Assembly: GCA_030265395.1 (NCBI GenBank)
Contig: JARFYF010000022.1
Location: 27,432,531 to 27,496,530 of the forward strand
Direction of reading: 5' to 3'
DNA: 64,000 nucleotides
From: Rhina ancylostomus
Taxonomy: Eukaryota
This document shows positions 52,930 to 64,000 of this stretch, piece by piece. Made by a program: the position numbers and the translations under genes. Below the pieces are notes generated by a model. It saw only the letters and a program-made list of their open reading frames with translations. It did no database searches and was not told the origin of the DNA. Position 1 is the first letter of the stretch. Every line of letters starts with the position of its first letter.

Positions 52930-53215
52930 AAACCAAATGGGCAAAAGAGTGTGGAGGATGAATTCATTGGGTGTATAAGAAATGGTTTCCTAGATCAATA
53001 TGTTAAGGAATCAACCAGGAAGAAGGTTGTTTTTACACTTGGTATTGTGTAATGAGAAAAGGTCAATGACCTGGTTAATGGCCCCTTTAGGAAACAGTGA
53101 TAAGTTTTATGCTATAATTTTATGAAAAGATTAAAAGTGATTTTCTTCAGTCTGAATCCTGGGCCTTAAAATAAAGCATAACGCATGACTTGGTTATAGT
53201 AGACTAGGGATCTAC
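52930..53215 (+). mobile_element. CR1 endonuclease-region remnant
   Basis: ttcctagatcaatatgttaaggaatcaaccagg...ttacacttggtattgtgtaatgag (FLDQYVKESTR..LxLVLCNE) and ttaggaaacagtgat (LGNSD). Confidence 0.6.
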
Positions 53216-53217
53216 TT

Positions 53218-53297
53218 TAGGCTATGTTGGTGCTGGAAGAGTGGTGACACTTGCAGGCTGCCCCCCAGCACATTCTTAGCAACGCAAAAAGACATAT
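53218..53297 (+). mobile_element. V-SINE 3' half
   Basis: ctatgttggtgctggaagagtggtgacacttgcaggctgccccccagcac resembles the reverse complement of 37495-37545. Confidence 0.65.
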
Positions 53298-55044
53298 NNN
53301 NNNNNNNNNNNNNNNNNNNNNNNNNNNNNNNNNNNNNNNNNNNNNNNNNNNNNNNNNNNNNNNNNNNNNNNNNNNNNNNNNNNNNNNNNNNNNNNNNTCA
53401 CACTTATGTATTTGTGTGTTTCTTTTGTTGCTGGTTTGTAACACTGGCCAAGTCAGCATTACACAGGGAAACTTGAAGATACATTTCATGAACCTTGTTA
53501 GTGAAGTCCTTGCTCTGTATTCAAACACACCACAATGTTTTAACAAATGTGGAGTTACTCCCTTGCCTGTTGGGTCATGTGTGAGCTAGCTGTAAGCCGA
53601 GTCCCAGGAAAGGCCCTCCTGTGCCCTCTCTCATAATTACAGTAGTTTACTGAGAAGCATTGCTCCCAGCAAGCTATCCTGAAAACTCTACAGTATAGCT
53701 GGGCCCTGCTAACTCTGAGCTCTGACTTAGTTTTCAGTAAGTTATTCTGGAGCCATTTTATAGATTGTTGTAATAAAATTCAGAAGTAAATTCTGGCTAG
53801 CAATGAGACACAGTTCATCAATGCAAGTGTTAAATAACTGAACATCTGCATTTTAACTGCAATTGGTGTGAAACAAACTTTAAAATTTTCCTACTAATCA
53901 TCTGGACACAGCTCAAGAAATTTTTAAACATCATTTTTAAATGGTTCCTGTTTAGTGGAAATGCAGGAGCAGGATTAAGTGATGTAACCTTCCTTGCCTT
54001 ATACCATGCTTTATAATCTGCACTCAGTTCTATTTAGCTATCCGACCTCCATGTGTCAAGATTGCTTTCCCCAGTAAAGCTTAGTCTGTGCAGTTTAAGT
54101 TGATATCACATCCCTGACTTTCCAGGCAAGATCTCCAGATTTCCCTTATTCTTTATATAAAAGGTTGGTACCTGAGTAAACTCCTGAATGGCCCAGCTGT
54201 AATTTAAAGGTTAGAATTCCTTACTCTGGATTTTCTCCTCAGTGAATCCAAACCAAGTTCATGAAACCAGTCTTTGTAATTGAAGCCTTTCAGGTCTGCT
54301 CCATGCACAGCCAACACCAGCACCAATATATCCAGTGAGCTAAACTGAACACAGTATTTCTGACTATAATAACTTCTTCTCTTCGATCTCCATTAGCCCA
54401 GGATAGTGCAACAGTGGTACCTTTGAGGTGCTGTCACACAGACCCTTAGTTCTTTGCAGCGCTCTTGGTGCAGAGAAGTCCTCTGCTATACTTTCTTAAA
54501 AAAAAGTCATCCGCTCTGGTTTCGTGTTGTGCCAGGGACCTGAAGTGAATCCTGTCGTCCACATTGCTGCACCAGGCACCTGGGTGCTGGGAACATGGTG
54601 TGAGTCCCTGCTGATTTCCACCTGCAATGAATCACCCCACAACTTGGTGTGGAGAGGCTGACTGTGATGGCTGGCGTTGGTGGTCCAGAGGAGAGTGGGC
54701 AGGGAGTATAGGGCTCAGGACTGCAGGGTGGGCCATTGCTGGAGTCTGGCAGCACCTGCTCTGTATGTTGACCAAGTGTGTTGGTGAGAATGGTGCAGGT
54801 AGGCAGAGATGGAGAGACAGCAGCTTCCTTCACAACCGCCAGCTGATGATGAGAGAGACTGAAGGATCCTGAGATCTGGCAACAGGTGGAGCAGGTCATG
54901 GCATTTCTGAGCAATGGCCCACACACACCAGGTGACCTGGGGTGTAGCAGTCCTGAATCCCAGATCTCAGTGCTGAGTTGTTGCACTGTTTACTCCTCCC
55001 ATCAACATCAACCCTCACAGGAACCTCGTAGAGCTTGGAAACAA

Positions 55045-56620
55045 AAATAAGGTGATCACTTTACTAGAGATGTATTTCAGACCCACTAACAGTCAGCTGG
55101 AGATACAGGAATAGATATGGAGGCAATTCTCACAGAGGAGCAAGAATAATAGGGTTATGGGGAAAGGAGTNNNNNNNNNNNNNNAATAGGGTTATGGGGA
55201 AAGGATTTGGGGGTGAGGTGAATCTCAATATGATAAGATAGGATCAAAAATGGACTGGGAGCAGCTACCCACATAAAATGAGCAGTGGGAGCCATTCAAA
55301 AATGAAATGGTAGCAGTTCAAGGCCAATGTGTTTCTGAAATGGTGAAAGTAAGGCCAATGAGACTGAGGAACTTTGGATTTCAAGGAATTTTGAGGGATA
55401 AAGAAGCAAAATGTCTTATGGTAGGTTCAGAGAGCCAAAAACAAGTGAAACCCTGTGGGAATATAGAAAGTTGTTGGAGGTGCTTTAAATTATAAGGATG
55501 GAGAAGGACATGACGGGCAAGGTTAAGGAAAATCCTAAAGTGTTTTATATTAAGGACAAGAGAGTAAACAGGGAAAGTGGCAATCTGTGCATGGAACAGG
55601 AGGAGGTACACAAGGTCTTAAATGAATACTTCTAATCTTTGTTCCTTATGGAGAAGGACATTGAAATTGGAGAATTCAGGAAGGGGAATGGTAGAATTCT
55701 AAAGCAAGTTAAGGAAGGAGGTATTAGATGTCTCAGCAGGCTTATTGGTGGATAAATCCCCAGGGATGCAATAAAGCAAACAGAGTATTTTGATGAGCAT
55801 AGAGCAGTTGATGTGGTCCAGAAGATTGGAACTACTGGGTTCCAGGGCAAGTTGGATCTAAAATTGTCTTGGTAACAGGAGACAGAGGGTGGTGGTGCAG
55901 GATTATGTTTTGATTGGAAGCCTCTCATTAATGTGGTATCACAGAGATCATTATTAGGACAGTTATGTGAATGTAGGAATTAAGATTAGTAAATTCATAG
56001 ATGACATCAAAATTGGTGGTGGTGTTGATTGTGAAGAGGATGGTCAGGCCACAGGGCAGTATTGATAAGATGGTAGGATGGGTGGATCATTAACAGATAG
56101 AATTCAATCCTGATAAGTATGAGGTGATGTTTTTTTGGAGACTGATATGGCTAAGACCTACACAATGAATGGAAGGGTCCTAAGGAGGCTTGGGGAACTG
56201 AGGATCTTGGTATACAAGTCCAAAGACCTCTAAATGTGGCAGCATCAAGTGGTTAAGAAGGCATGTGGGATACTTGCCTTCATTAGGTGGGAAATAGAAG
56301 ATAAAGTAGTGAAGTTATGGTACAACTTTATAAAACATTGGATAGGCCACAACTCTAGTATTGTGTGCAGTTCTGGTTACCACACAATAGGGAGAATGTG
56401 ATTGCACTGGAGAGAATGCAAAGGAGATTCATCACAACATTGTCTGGGATGGAGCCTTTTAGTTATGAGGAAAGACTGGATTAGCTGGGATAGTTTTCCT
56501 TGGAGCAGAGGAGGCTGAGGGGAGAGCTGACTGAGGTATACAAATTGAGAGACATATATAGGGTAGATTGCAAGAACCTTTTCCCCATTGTAGAGGTGTC
56601 TAATGATAGGTTTAAGGTTG
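55045..56620 (+). mobile_element. Degenerate, internally deleted CR1 ORF2
   Basis: Endonuclease remnant (tatttcagaccc), gagcagttgatgtggtc, aaattcatagatgacatcaaaattggtgg (KFxDDxKIG), tattgtgtgcagttctgg (YCVQFW), and LEQRRLRGELTEVYK. Confidence 0.85.
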
Positions 56621-58269
56621 GCCTAAGAATATCCTCCTTGCTTTCAACAACACCACTAATTTTCATGTTAAGTGAAACAAGTGACTAGTATTCAGATGTA
56701 GGACAACATTTTTTTCTTTTAATCGAAATCATGGTCATTTCATTGGTTGACCACATTCAAATAATATGATGATTCAGTGGCTAAAAATCAGGGTTGTGAT
56801 TGATGATATCATGTTTGGAGATAACTTGGTATCTTCCCTTCAGGTTTTGTACCATTGGTTTGAAAATGTAAATAACTGAGTGCTGATGTACCCATAAGTC
56901 CCTCATTCCAGGCTTGAAGTAGCCTATGGAGATCACCAGGATGTTAGCTGGTCTAAGTATTGACAGCCACATTAAACTACTATGTACCATTTGTTATTTC
57001 TAGCATCATGTTCAAGGGTTCAAGTAGTTTTCTTCAGCAGTAGGTGCAAAATCTAATTTGAATAAGATGGCAGGTTACTGAAATAGATACATTCATTTTA
57101 TTGAGGAAGGAAACTGTGAGACGATTCAGGGCCAAGGACTATTGATGCATGGAGAAAACTTACTGAATGTCTTCCAGGTTAGTACAAGTAGACAGACAAT
57201 GTAAGGTAACACCGTCTTGAAGTCATTAAACATTATTATACTCCTTAGGAGCTTGTCAGAGAATGGTTATAAAATCCTGAAATTACATCTGATACATTTG
57301 TACCAATCATCATTTGACCACACATGCAGATAATCAATAAACCACGAACAAATGATTAACAAAGTTTTGTACTGATCCTTATCTGTGCTTCATGTATAGC
57401 CAGTGATGATGTCACCATATACAATTGTGTAGCAACAAAAAATCTGAATCAATTTAGTTTCAGGATAGCCCCAGTTTTAACTCTGCACCCGTATGGATGA
57501 GTGAGCAGTGTTGCTGATGGTCAGAACTGAGACCTAGGATGTTTCAGCAACCAGATCTCATTTAATTTTTGCTGTTAATTTGCTGCAAGTCTGAAATAAA
57601 AATAAAACATTCAAAAGAAACTCATGAGGCCAGGTGTCATGTGAGATGAAAAAAATGGAGATATTGTTTTAGACTGATGCCTTTTATCAGAGCTGATTTC
57701 TGACTCACTGTGGATTGGAAGTTGAGCAGGAAGTGGTGGAAAATCACTCTGCATGCAGTGCAGCACTTGACACCAGGTAAATGATGGCATTTCCTCCTGG
57801 GCCTCCACCTTCTCTTGGTTCCTTATTATCTCACAAGAAAAGAAATTTGGTGATACTTATTCCAATCTACTTGCACAGACCTCTAGGTCAATTCCCACTC
57901 AGGCTGCCTGGTAAAAATTTCAGCTTTGATGATTTATTGGACACCAACATGCAAATGATTAAGAAGGATCCCTCCCAGCTTTGGAAAGATGCATTTTGCT
58001 TCAATATAAGCATAGAGCCGGATGGGAGTAACGAAATTGACACTAACTTGCAACTTAAGCCAATGGTGTTTATATTTCTCCACCAAGTATCCTGCAATCA
58101 TTTTGGAGAAAATGAAAGAAAGTGTAGAATAGCCGGTGGAGAGATGCAAGTATTGAAGGGGCAAGTTGTGATGTCTGGGTGTGGGTGGGTATATCCACGT
58201 GGACAGTGAGCATTTTTACATTCAGATAATTAAATTAAGGCATGTCTGATCATCAGGAAAAGAGGAAAA

Positions 58270-58455
58270 CTGGAGCAACACACAAAAAGCTGGAATAACT
58301 CAGTGGGTCTGGCAGCATCTATAGATGGAAATGGACAGTTGATGTTTTGGGTCGAAACCCTTCAGTCCTGTTGAAGGGTCTCAACTCAAAATGTTGATAG
58401 TCCATTTCCTCCATAAATGCTACCAGACTCATGGAGTTACTGCAGCTTTTTATGT
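58270..58455. mobile_element. Palindromic Penelope-tail element
   Basis: Arms aaaaagctgg...gggtcgaaacccttca and tgaagggtctcaactc...cagcttttt flank a gtcctgt spacer. Confidence 0.75.
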
Positions 58456-58859
58456 CTTCCCTCAGGATTTGTCCATATGGAATCCAACACCACCCCCTTT
58501 CTGATGGAAACTTGTTTCAGAATTCCACTATGTATCTTCCCGCATCCCCAATGTTTTTCTCCATGAGAAAACCGGAATGGAAGTGAATGGAAGTGCAAAT
58601 TATTAATTCAAATTTGAAACTCCATGCATAGATTGCCACTGTAGACCCTCACAGGCTGTACTCATTCCATGGCTACCATCTTCTCTTTATAGTATTTATT
58701 ATGCTTTGGGATTTTTAATCTTACCTGGCATTGTCAATTTGTGCCTTCTCTTTTTACATATCTAACTCTAAGTGTGAACAAATCAAATTCAACGCATTTA
58801 TTCCTAGCTCTGAAGGAAACAACCTTGATGTGATTAATGATGGCTTTAAAGTTTAAAAG

Positions 58860-59198
58860 CATTTCTATTCAGACACTTGGTTGATGTTATAGAAACTGTT
58901 GTGTTGAGACCCTGGGTAAAGGCATGAACTTTGTTCTCTTCACATGCTGTGTTAAATGTGCAGAAGATGATCCCTTCAGACTCCAGGTAAATGTGTAGAA
59001 CTTGTTCTGTTCAGACTGTAGACTCAACATTGTTCTATTAAGGCCCTGGGTTCAATATGTTGTAGTTAATCACTGAAACCCAGGGTTAAGCATGCAGAAG
59101 TTGCTGAGTTCAGACCATGGCTTAAACATGCAGAGGCTGCTCTGGTTAGTCCATGGTTTATCCATGTAGAATTTGATCTGTTAAGACCTTCAGCCTAA
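58860..59198. repeat. Diverged ~36-bp minisatellite (resumes at 59950-60017)
   Basis: Approximate consensus CATGCAGAAGTTGCTCTGTTCAGACCCTGGGTTAAA; units exactly 36 nt long start at 59091, 59127 and 59163. Confidence 0.75.
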
Positions 59199-59298
59199 AA
59201 AAATGATCAGGAGGCAGAGAGGGGAAAAAGTCTTGTATTAGGATTGATCAACACTTGGAAAGTCTAGGATTGATCAAACATGGTCAGCATGGCTTTGT

Positions 59299-59812
59299 AC
59301 ATCGATTTCTTTAACTTCCGGTAACCCCACCCCTTCTTTTTCTTCCACCACCACCACCCCCCCACCCCCACTCCTTTGACTTCCCTTATCCCTGTGGTTC
59401 CCTTCTCCCGTCTTGATGACCTGTTCATCTCCTCTCCTCCCCTCCTCCATCCTTTATTCCATGGTCCACTGCCCTGTCCTACTGGATTCCTCCTCCTTCA
59501 GCCCTTTGCCTCTTCTGCCCATTGCCTCTCAGCTTCTTGCATCTTCTCCCTCTCCCTCACCTACCTACCTTCCCCCTTTCACCTGAACTCACCTATCACC
59601 TGATCTCACCTATCCCCTGCCTGCCTGGGCACCTCCTCCTCCCCGACCTTCTTATTCTGGCTTCTGCCCTCTTCCTTGCCAGTCCTGATGAAGGGTCTCG
59701 GCCTGAAACGTTGACTGTTTGTTTCACTCCATGGATGCACCCTGACCTGCTGAGTCCCCCCAGCACTTTTTTGTGTATTGCACCAGATTCCAGCATCTGC
59801 AGAATTTCTTGT
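59299..59812 (+). mobile_element. Penelope-like element 3' end: last ORF codons, 3' UTR/pLTR, hammerhead motif
   Basis: IDFFNFR* (59301-59324) resembles the recalled C-terminus of chondrichthyan Penelope GIY-YIG ORFs, followed by a C/T-rich UTR, the hammerhead motif and the shared tail. Confidence 0.8.
59680..59717 (+). ncRNA. Minimal type I hammerhead ribozyme motif
   Basis: CAGTC-CTGATGA-AGGgtctcggCCT-GAAA-CG-TT-GACTG: stem I CAGTC/GACTG, core boxes CUGAUGA and GAAA, stem II AGG/CCU, palindromic ACGU in place of stem III, and NUH triplet GUU. Confidence 0.75.
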
Positions 59813-62800
59813 GAATCCAATTTGATTGTTTTGAAGAGGTAACAAAATGTGTTGATGAGAGTTGTGCAGTTCATATGGATTTCAATCAATCCTCTGTCAA
59901 GATCCCACATAGGAGACTGCTCCAAAAGGTTAGAGATCATAGGATCCAAGGGTTAACTGTTATGTTGCTCTGTTGAGACCCTGGGTGAAATATGCAGAAG
60001 TTGTTCCATTCAGACATAGCACATAAGAAATAGAAGGAGAAGTGGGCCAAATGTCTGCTTGGCCGCTCAATTAACTCATGCCTGAGTGATGTGGTAAATG
60101 GAAAGGATTCCATCACCAAGTCAGAATGTCCCTGCTTGTTTAACCCAGGCTCTGCATGTCTTTTTCAGAGCAGACTGATGACTGACTCTGGTTCATTTTA
60201 TCGGTGGTGCACACTGCAACTACTGGAAGTGCCAATTAAGCAAAGCATTACTGTGCTCTCCCGTTATGAAGGCGATATGGATAAAGTTAAGAAGGAAGAA
60301 GGAAAATAGTAACGTTTATGTGTTTCCTATAGGATAGTAGAATTAGATGAAGATAAATAATAATAGTGTCGGAAATAATTGAGGAATAAAGCAATCATGA
60401 TAGATTCAGTATATGATTTAAAAAAAAGGACAAGGAAGAGACCTGGATAAAATCTCTGGGATTAATAAAAAGAAGCATTCAACAAAATGAGTTTTATTGT
60501 GACCAAAACTGGAAGAAAAGGTCAGCTAGGTAAACTTTCAACAAGGAAGTAAACCAAGTAATTACTTCACTGTAAAGTAAAATGTAGATGTGCCAAAGAA
60601 ATATGTTCCAAGGATAAATCTTACTGGAAATTAAAATGGAGGTATGTGATAAAGTCATGGCTAAAATGCTAAATATAATTGTGAAGAATATAGAAATTGT
60701 TTTAGGGAAATGAAAAGGAATATCAGAATAGCTAAAGCAGAATTTTAAAAAAAGTGGGATGATAGATAATATAACATGTAATAGCAAGTGTTTTTAAAGA
60801 AAGACTATTGAAATAGAAGGTTGGACCATTCAGGGATGAAAGAAGGAGCTACATGCTGGAGGATGATAGATATTGAGAGTGAATTGTAAAAGACAGTTTC
60901 CTCAAGAAATCAGTGAAGAGAAATCATGAATTTAAATGACTGCTCAGAGAAAGGATATGTGTGCGATGATTGTGGAACAGAGAATGCTTAAACCAAAGAT
61001 CATTATACTTTATAAAANNNNNNNNNNNNNNNNNNNNNNNNNNNNNNNNNNNNNNNNNNNNNNNNNNNNNNNNNNNNNNNNNNNNNNNNNNNNNNNNNNN
61101 NNNNNNNNNNNNNNNNNGTAAGTGTTTAGTGTGAAGAGCAGGTTGATGGGACTAATTTAGATTAGAGGGATATGGCCATCCCAGACATAATTAGAATAAG
61201 TAACAACCTTTTGTGGTGTAAACTGCAGTTGCCTTTTGTGTAATTCTGCCCATGACTAGAATGAGAAACTTTGACTACGAGGAAAACATTTGTCAGCACT
61301 ATACTATATATCTCAAACATTTAGATTGTGCTTAGTATCAAAGTTTGTATTTTAAAGTGCTTGATTTCCAACTAGAGGGCATTAATTCAAATTATTAACA
61401 GTCATTTAGTGCTTAAACTAATCACTCAGTGGGTTTGTTGGATGAAACACTGTATGTGGTGAAAGATAGAGATAAAATAGAGTTTAAGGACAGAATGCAA
61501 CAGAGTTGTTAACTACTGGACCTCTCAGGCCAAGCAGAGTTAGAGAACCCAAACTGTCTCTGCTGAGGTGAGAGCGGGAGAGGTGATCTCAAAGAGCATA
61601 AACTGATGAAGTAAATGCATGATAATTTTACTGGCAGCCATGCTCACTTAATTTGTCATGTCAGACAGATTATCCAACTGATATCATTTAGCTGCCTAGG
61701 TCACTCTACCTTGTTCCACTCCTTCCTCTGGTTTCAAGAAACTCATTAAAATCTGCCCTTTAACCAAATTTTCTTTTTTAAATTGCTCTGAACCATCTGG
61801 GAACATCACTTTTATTGCCAATGCAAAATGGGTTTTGCCTGTTGGATGAGCTTACTTACATACAGCTATTTGTCCACAGGGTATACTATAGCTATCCCTT
61901 TGAAGCCATGTCTATGGGTGGAGAGTTTAAAGTTCATGTTTCCCTATGACCTCATACTATCAAAAGCAGTGAGAAGCAATCCAGGGCTATGGGTCTGTGT
62001 AGGCAGAGTGCCAAAACATTGAAAAAAAGGCTGCAAAAATTCATTCTCTGTTGCAGAAGTTCCCACTGACAATTCCCACATGGTTCAAGCTCAGGAATTC
62101 CTCGCTTCCTCTTGCCTCAGTTGATCCTGTCATCAGCTGAAGTTCATACTTCTCATTCCAGCTTACCCTGATGGTTTTGTGAACATGAACGTGAGAAGCT
62201 AGTGATGGCTAGCTACCCTGGCCCTTGTAGTAAGGTGGGTAACTGCGTTCAGTTGGAGCGTGGAATGGGGAAGTGGGGAGGGAGGGGTGGGATGGGATGG
62301 GATGGAGAATCTCAAAAAGAGCCAGAAAACATCAGGGAGTTCAAGGTGAATGATTTCAGTGCAGAAAATTAGAGCCGTTGGTTTCTATTCTGTATTTTTT
62401 ACTGAAGCATAAGAGGTAACTATACTAAAAATAGTATGGAAATCCTAGACCCTTGTTTACCAGCTTTGTAAAAACAAAATCCCATAAAGTCGACAGAGTC
62501 TCAATCAGTAAGAACAAGTCATGATTGTTTCCATCTATTGAATTAAGTTCATTCACTATCTTCTTGCTTCTCAAGGATTGATCAAACCATCTGCAGAACT
62601 GTTTGTACTTTCAGACTCTGAAAGATCTCATTACATTCAGGTCAGAATGATCTAAACTGAATGCAATTCCCTCAGGACTTTGTAGCAACCTGCACTCAAG
62701 TTCATTCTTGTTTGGCAAGGTAGTAAATGGCTTGTCTGATGCTTTCCAAATAATAGCTGAAATCAACCAGAGATTGTTATGAAGGAGTGTGATGCAGAAG

Positions 62801-63044
62801 GAGATAATTCCAAGGTCAAGCAATGGGAGGTTTTACTCTGGCATCTGAACAAAGTAAAAAAAACTAGTCACTACTAATCACAACATTTCTGCTGTGAATT
62901 CACAGCCAAGGGAACAATGGTTGTACAAGTATAAAGACCTGGGGATATGTGGAGAGCTCTAGTTCTGGGACAATGGATCAATTTATGTTAAACAGGTAAA
63001 ACTGGCTAGTGTGTGTATCTGCCTGTATGCGTGCGTGTGCATGT

Positions 63045-64000
63045 CTTTTATGTCAAGTGGCTGGACAAGCAGCCATAGGGTGAGGTCAAGGATAGCAAAC
63101 AATTCCATGGCCTTGGGTGAGGGAGCGTGAATAGTTGTGTTGCCAAGGAAGGACGTCCGACCTATGTGGTCACGTCAGAATTTGGGCTACTTCTCATGTT
63201 GCAAGTGGCAGCACCTTCCTCAGACCATTAATGGTTTTCAGGTTTTCATTGCCAGCTTAAATCCTGAGACTTCATCACGTATGTCAGTTATCTGGCTGGA
63301 GTGAGTGGTGTTTGTGGTCATTATTGTGGTACGCTATTGAGATTGGGTCTGTCATTGGTCTTTAGTTTGGAGGGTGTTTGAGTAGGTGCTGTGGGAGTTT
63401 AGTTTGGTTCCCCAGAGTTTTGTGGTTCTTTGTCAGTGCCTTGCTGGCTGTCAGCCAGTGATACTGTTTTAAGGAGCAACAACAAAAAATGCTGGAGGGT
63501 CTCAACGAGTCTGGCAGCATCTGTGGAAGGAAATGGGCAGTCTGCACTGTTCAGATACATGGTCTCAACTGGAAATGCTGGGTGGCACAAAAAGCCACTT
63601 GAACTGCGTTGGTCTCAATGCTCCAGAGATGATTCTCATGGCTTCCTGGAGATGGATCATTTTCGTGTTTGTCTGGTGCTTCCTGAGCCAGATTGAGCAG
63701 AAGTAATCTGCCTTTGGGTAAACCAGGGCAAGTGAAGTGCTAGGTGATGTGTTGTCTTTGCTGCACCCTGTTGTACCTGCCAGTTTCCATATGAGGATCA
63801 CTGTTTTCCTGTCCTGAGCTCTAGTGTTCTGGAGGCGTTGCTAGCACATCACTCTATATGCCTGAAGTATGTTACCAAAGGCTGTGGCATGGTCCTCTGT
63901 TTATGATATACCAACAGAAGGAAGGTGCTGGGTGACCTTGAGTGGTGTCAATCAGCATGCAATACATGGATGATATCAGTCATGCAATTTTCTGACACAA
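63045..64000 (-). mobile_element. Vingi/Ingi-like non-LTR retrotransposon C-terminal remnant (Penelope tail fragment inserted at about 63472-63542)
   Basis: LIWKLAGTTGCS..TSLALVYPKADYFCSIWLR..LQEAMRIISGALRPTQFKWL resembles the recalled Vingi motif KLAGTTWGA..ALALVYS.AEYC..VW..MRIISGTL.STP..WL. Confidence 0.65.

Larger units (their letters stand above)
59250..59952 (+). mobile_element. CR1 RT fragment (59250-59298 and 59813-59952) interrupted by a Penelope element
   Basis: cagcatggcttt (QHGF) lies on the left; NLI.FEEVTKCVDE..MDF..KIPHRRLLQKVRDHRIQG lies on the right. Confidence 0.75.

Noticed and set aside
55147-55204. Direct repeat aatagggttatggggaaagga on both sides of a 15-N gap
   Set aside because: Typical contig-overlap scaffolding artefact; the duplicated tail at 20806-20997 may have the same cause.
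58860-59198. 36-bp periodic repeat as a CRISPR array
   Set aside because: Units are contiguous and diverged, with no unique spacers and no cas genes, in a vertebrate context.
45084-64000. Next DENND2B coding exon (expected to begin with an SQS-like sequence and to be large)
   Set aside because: No suitable long + strand ORF or matching peptide seen; it presumably lies beyond the window or in a gap.

Overview
Eukaryotic, AT-rich, gapped draft assembly. The repeat content (V-SINEs, CR1, Rex1/Babar, Penelope tails) points to a cartilaginous fish, probably a ray. The window appears to be mostly 5' intronic/upstream DNA of DENND2B (ST5). The only host coding sequence I can support is a 105-nt + strand exon (44979-45083) encoding MTANKNASTNHAAGASKAVCDTSA(R), which matches the vertebrate ST5 N-terminus; the next coding exon is not in the window. 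Most of the rest is transposon debris: CR1, L2, Rex1/Babar, Vingi-like LINE, Harbinger Myb remnants, a solo LTR with a TSD, and SINEs. Most notable: (1) Penelope-derived tails with minimal hammerhead-ribozyme motifs, near-intact at 59680-59717; (2) fold-back versions of these tails, one flanked by a 13-bp target-site duplication; (3) a strong cryptic splice donor 6 nt before the DENND2B start codon; (4) a 36-bp minisatellite with nested CR1 and Penelope insertions; (5) several repeat-free, motif-rich blocks that may be conserved enhancers. Family assignments come from recalled motifs, not database searches, and repeat boundaries are approximate.
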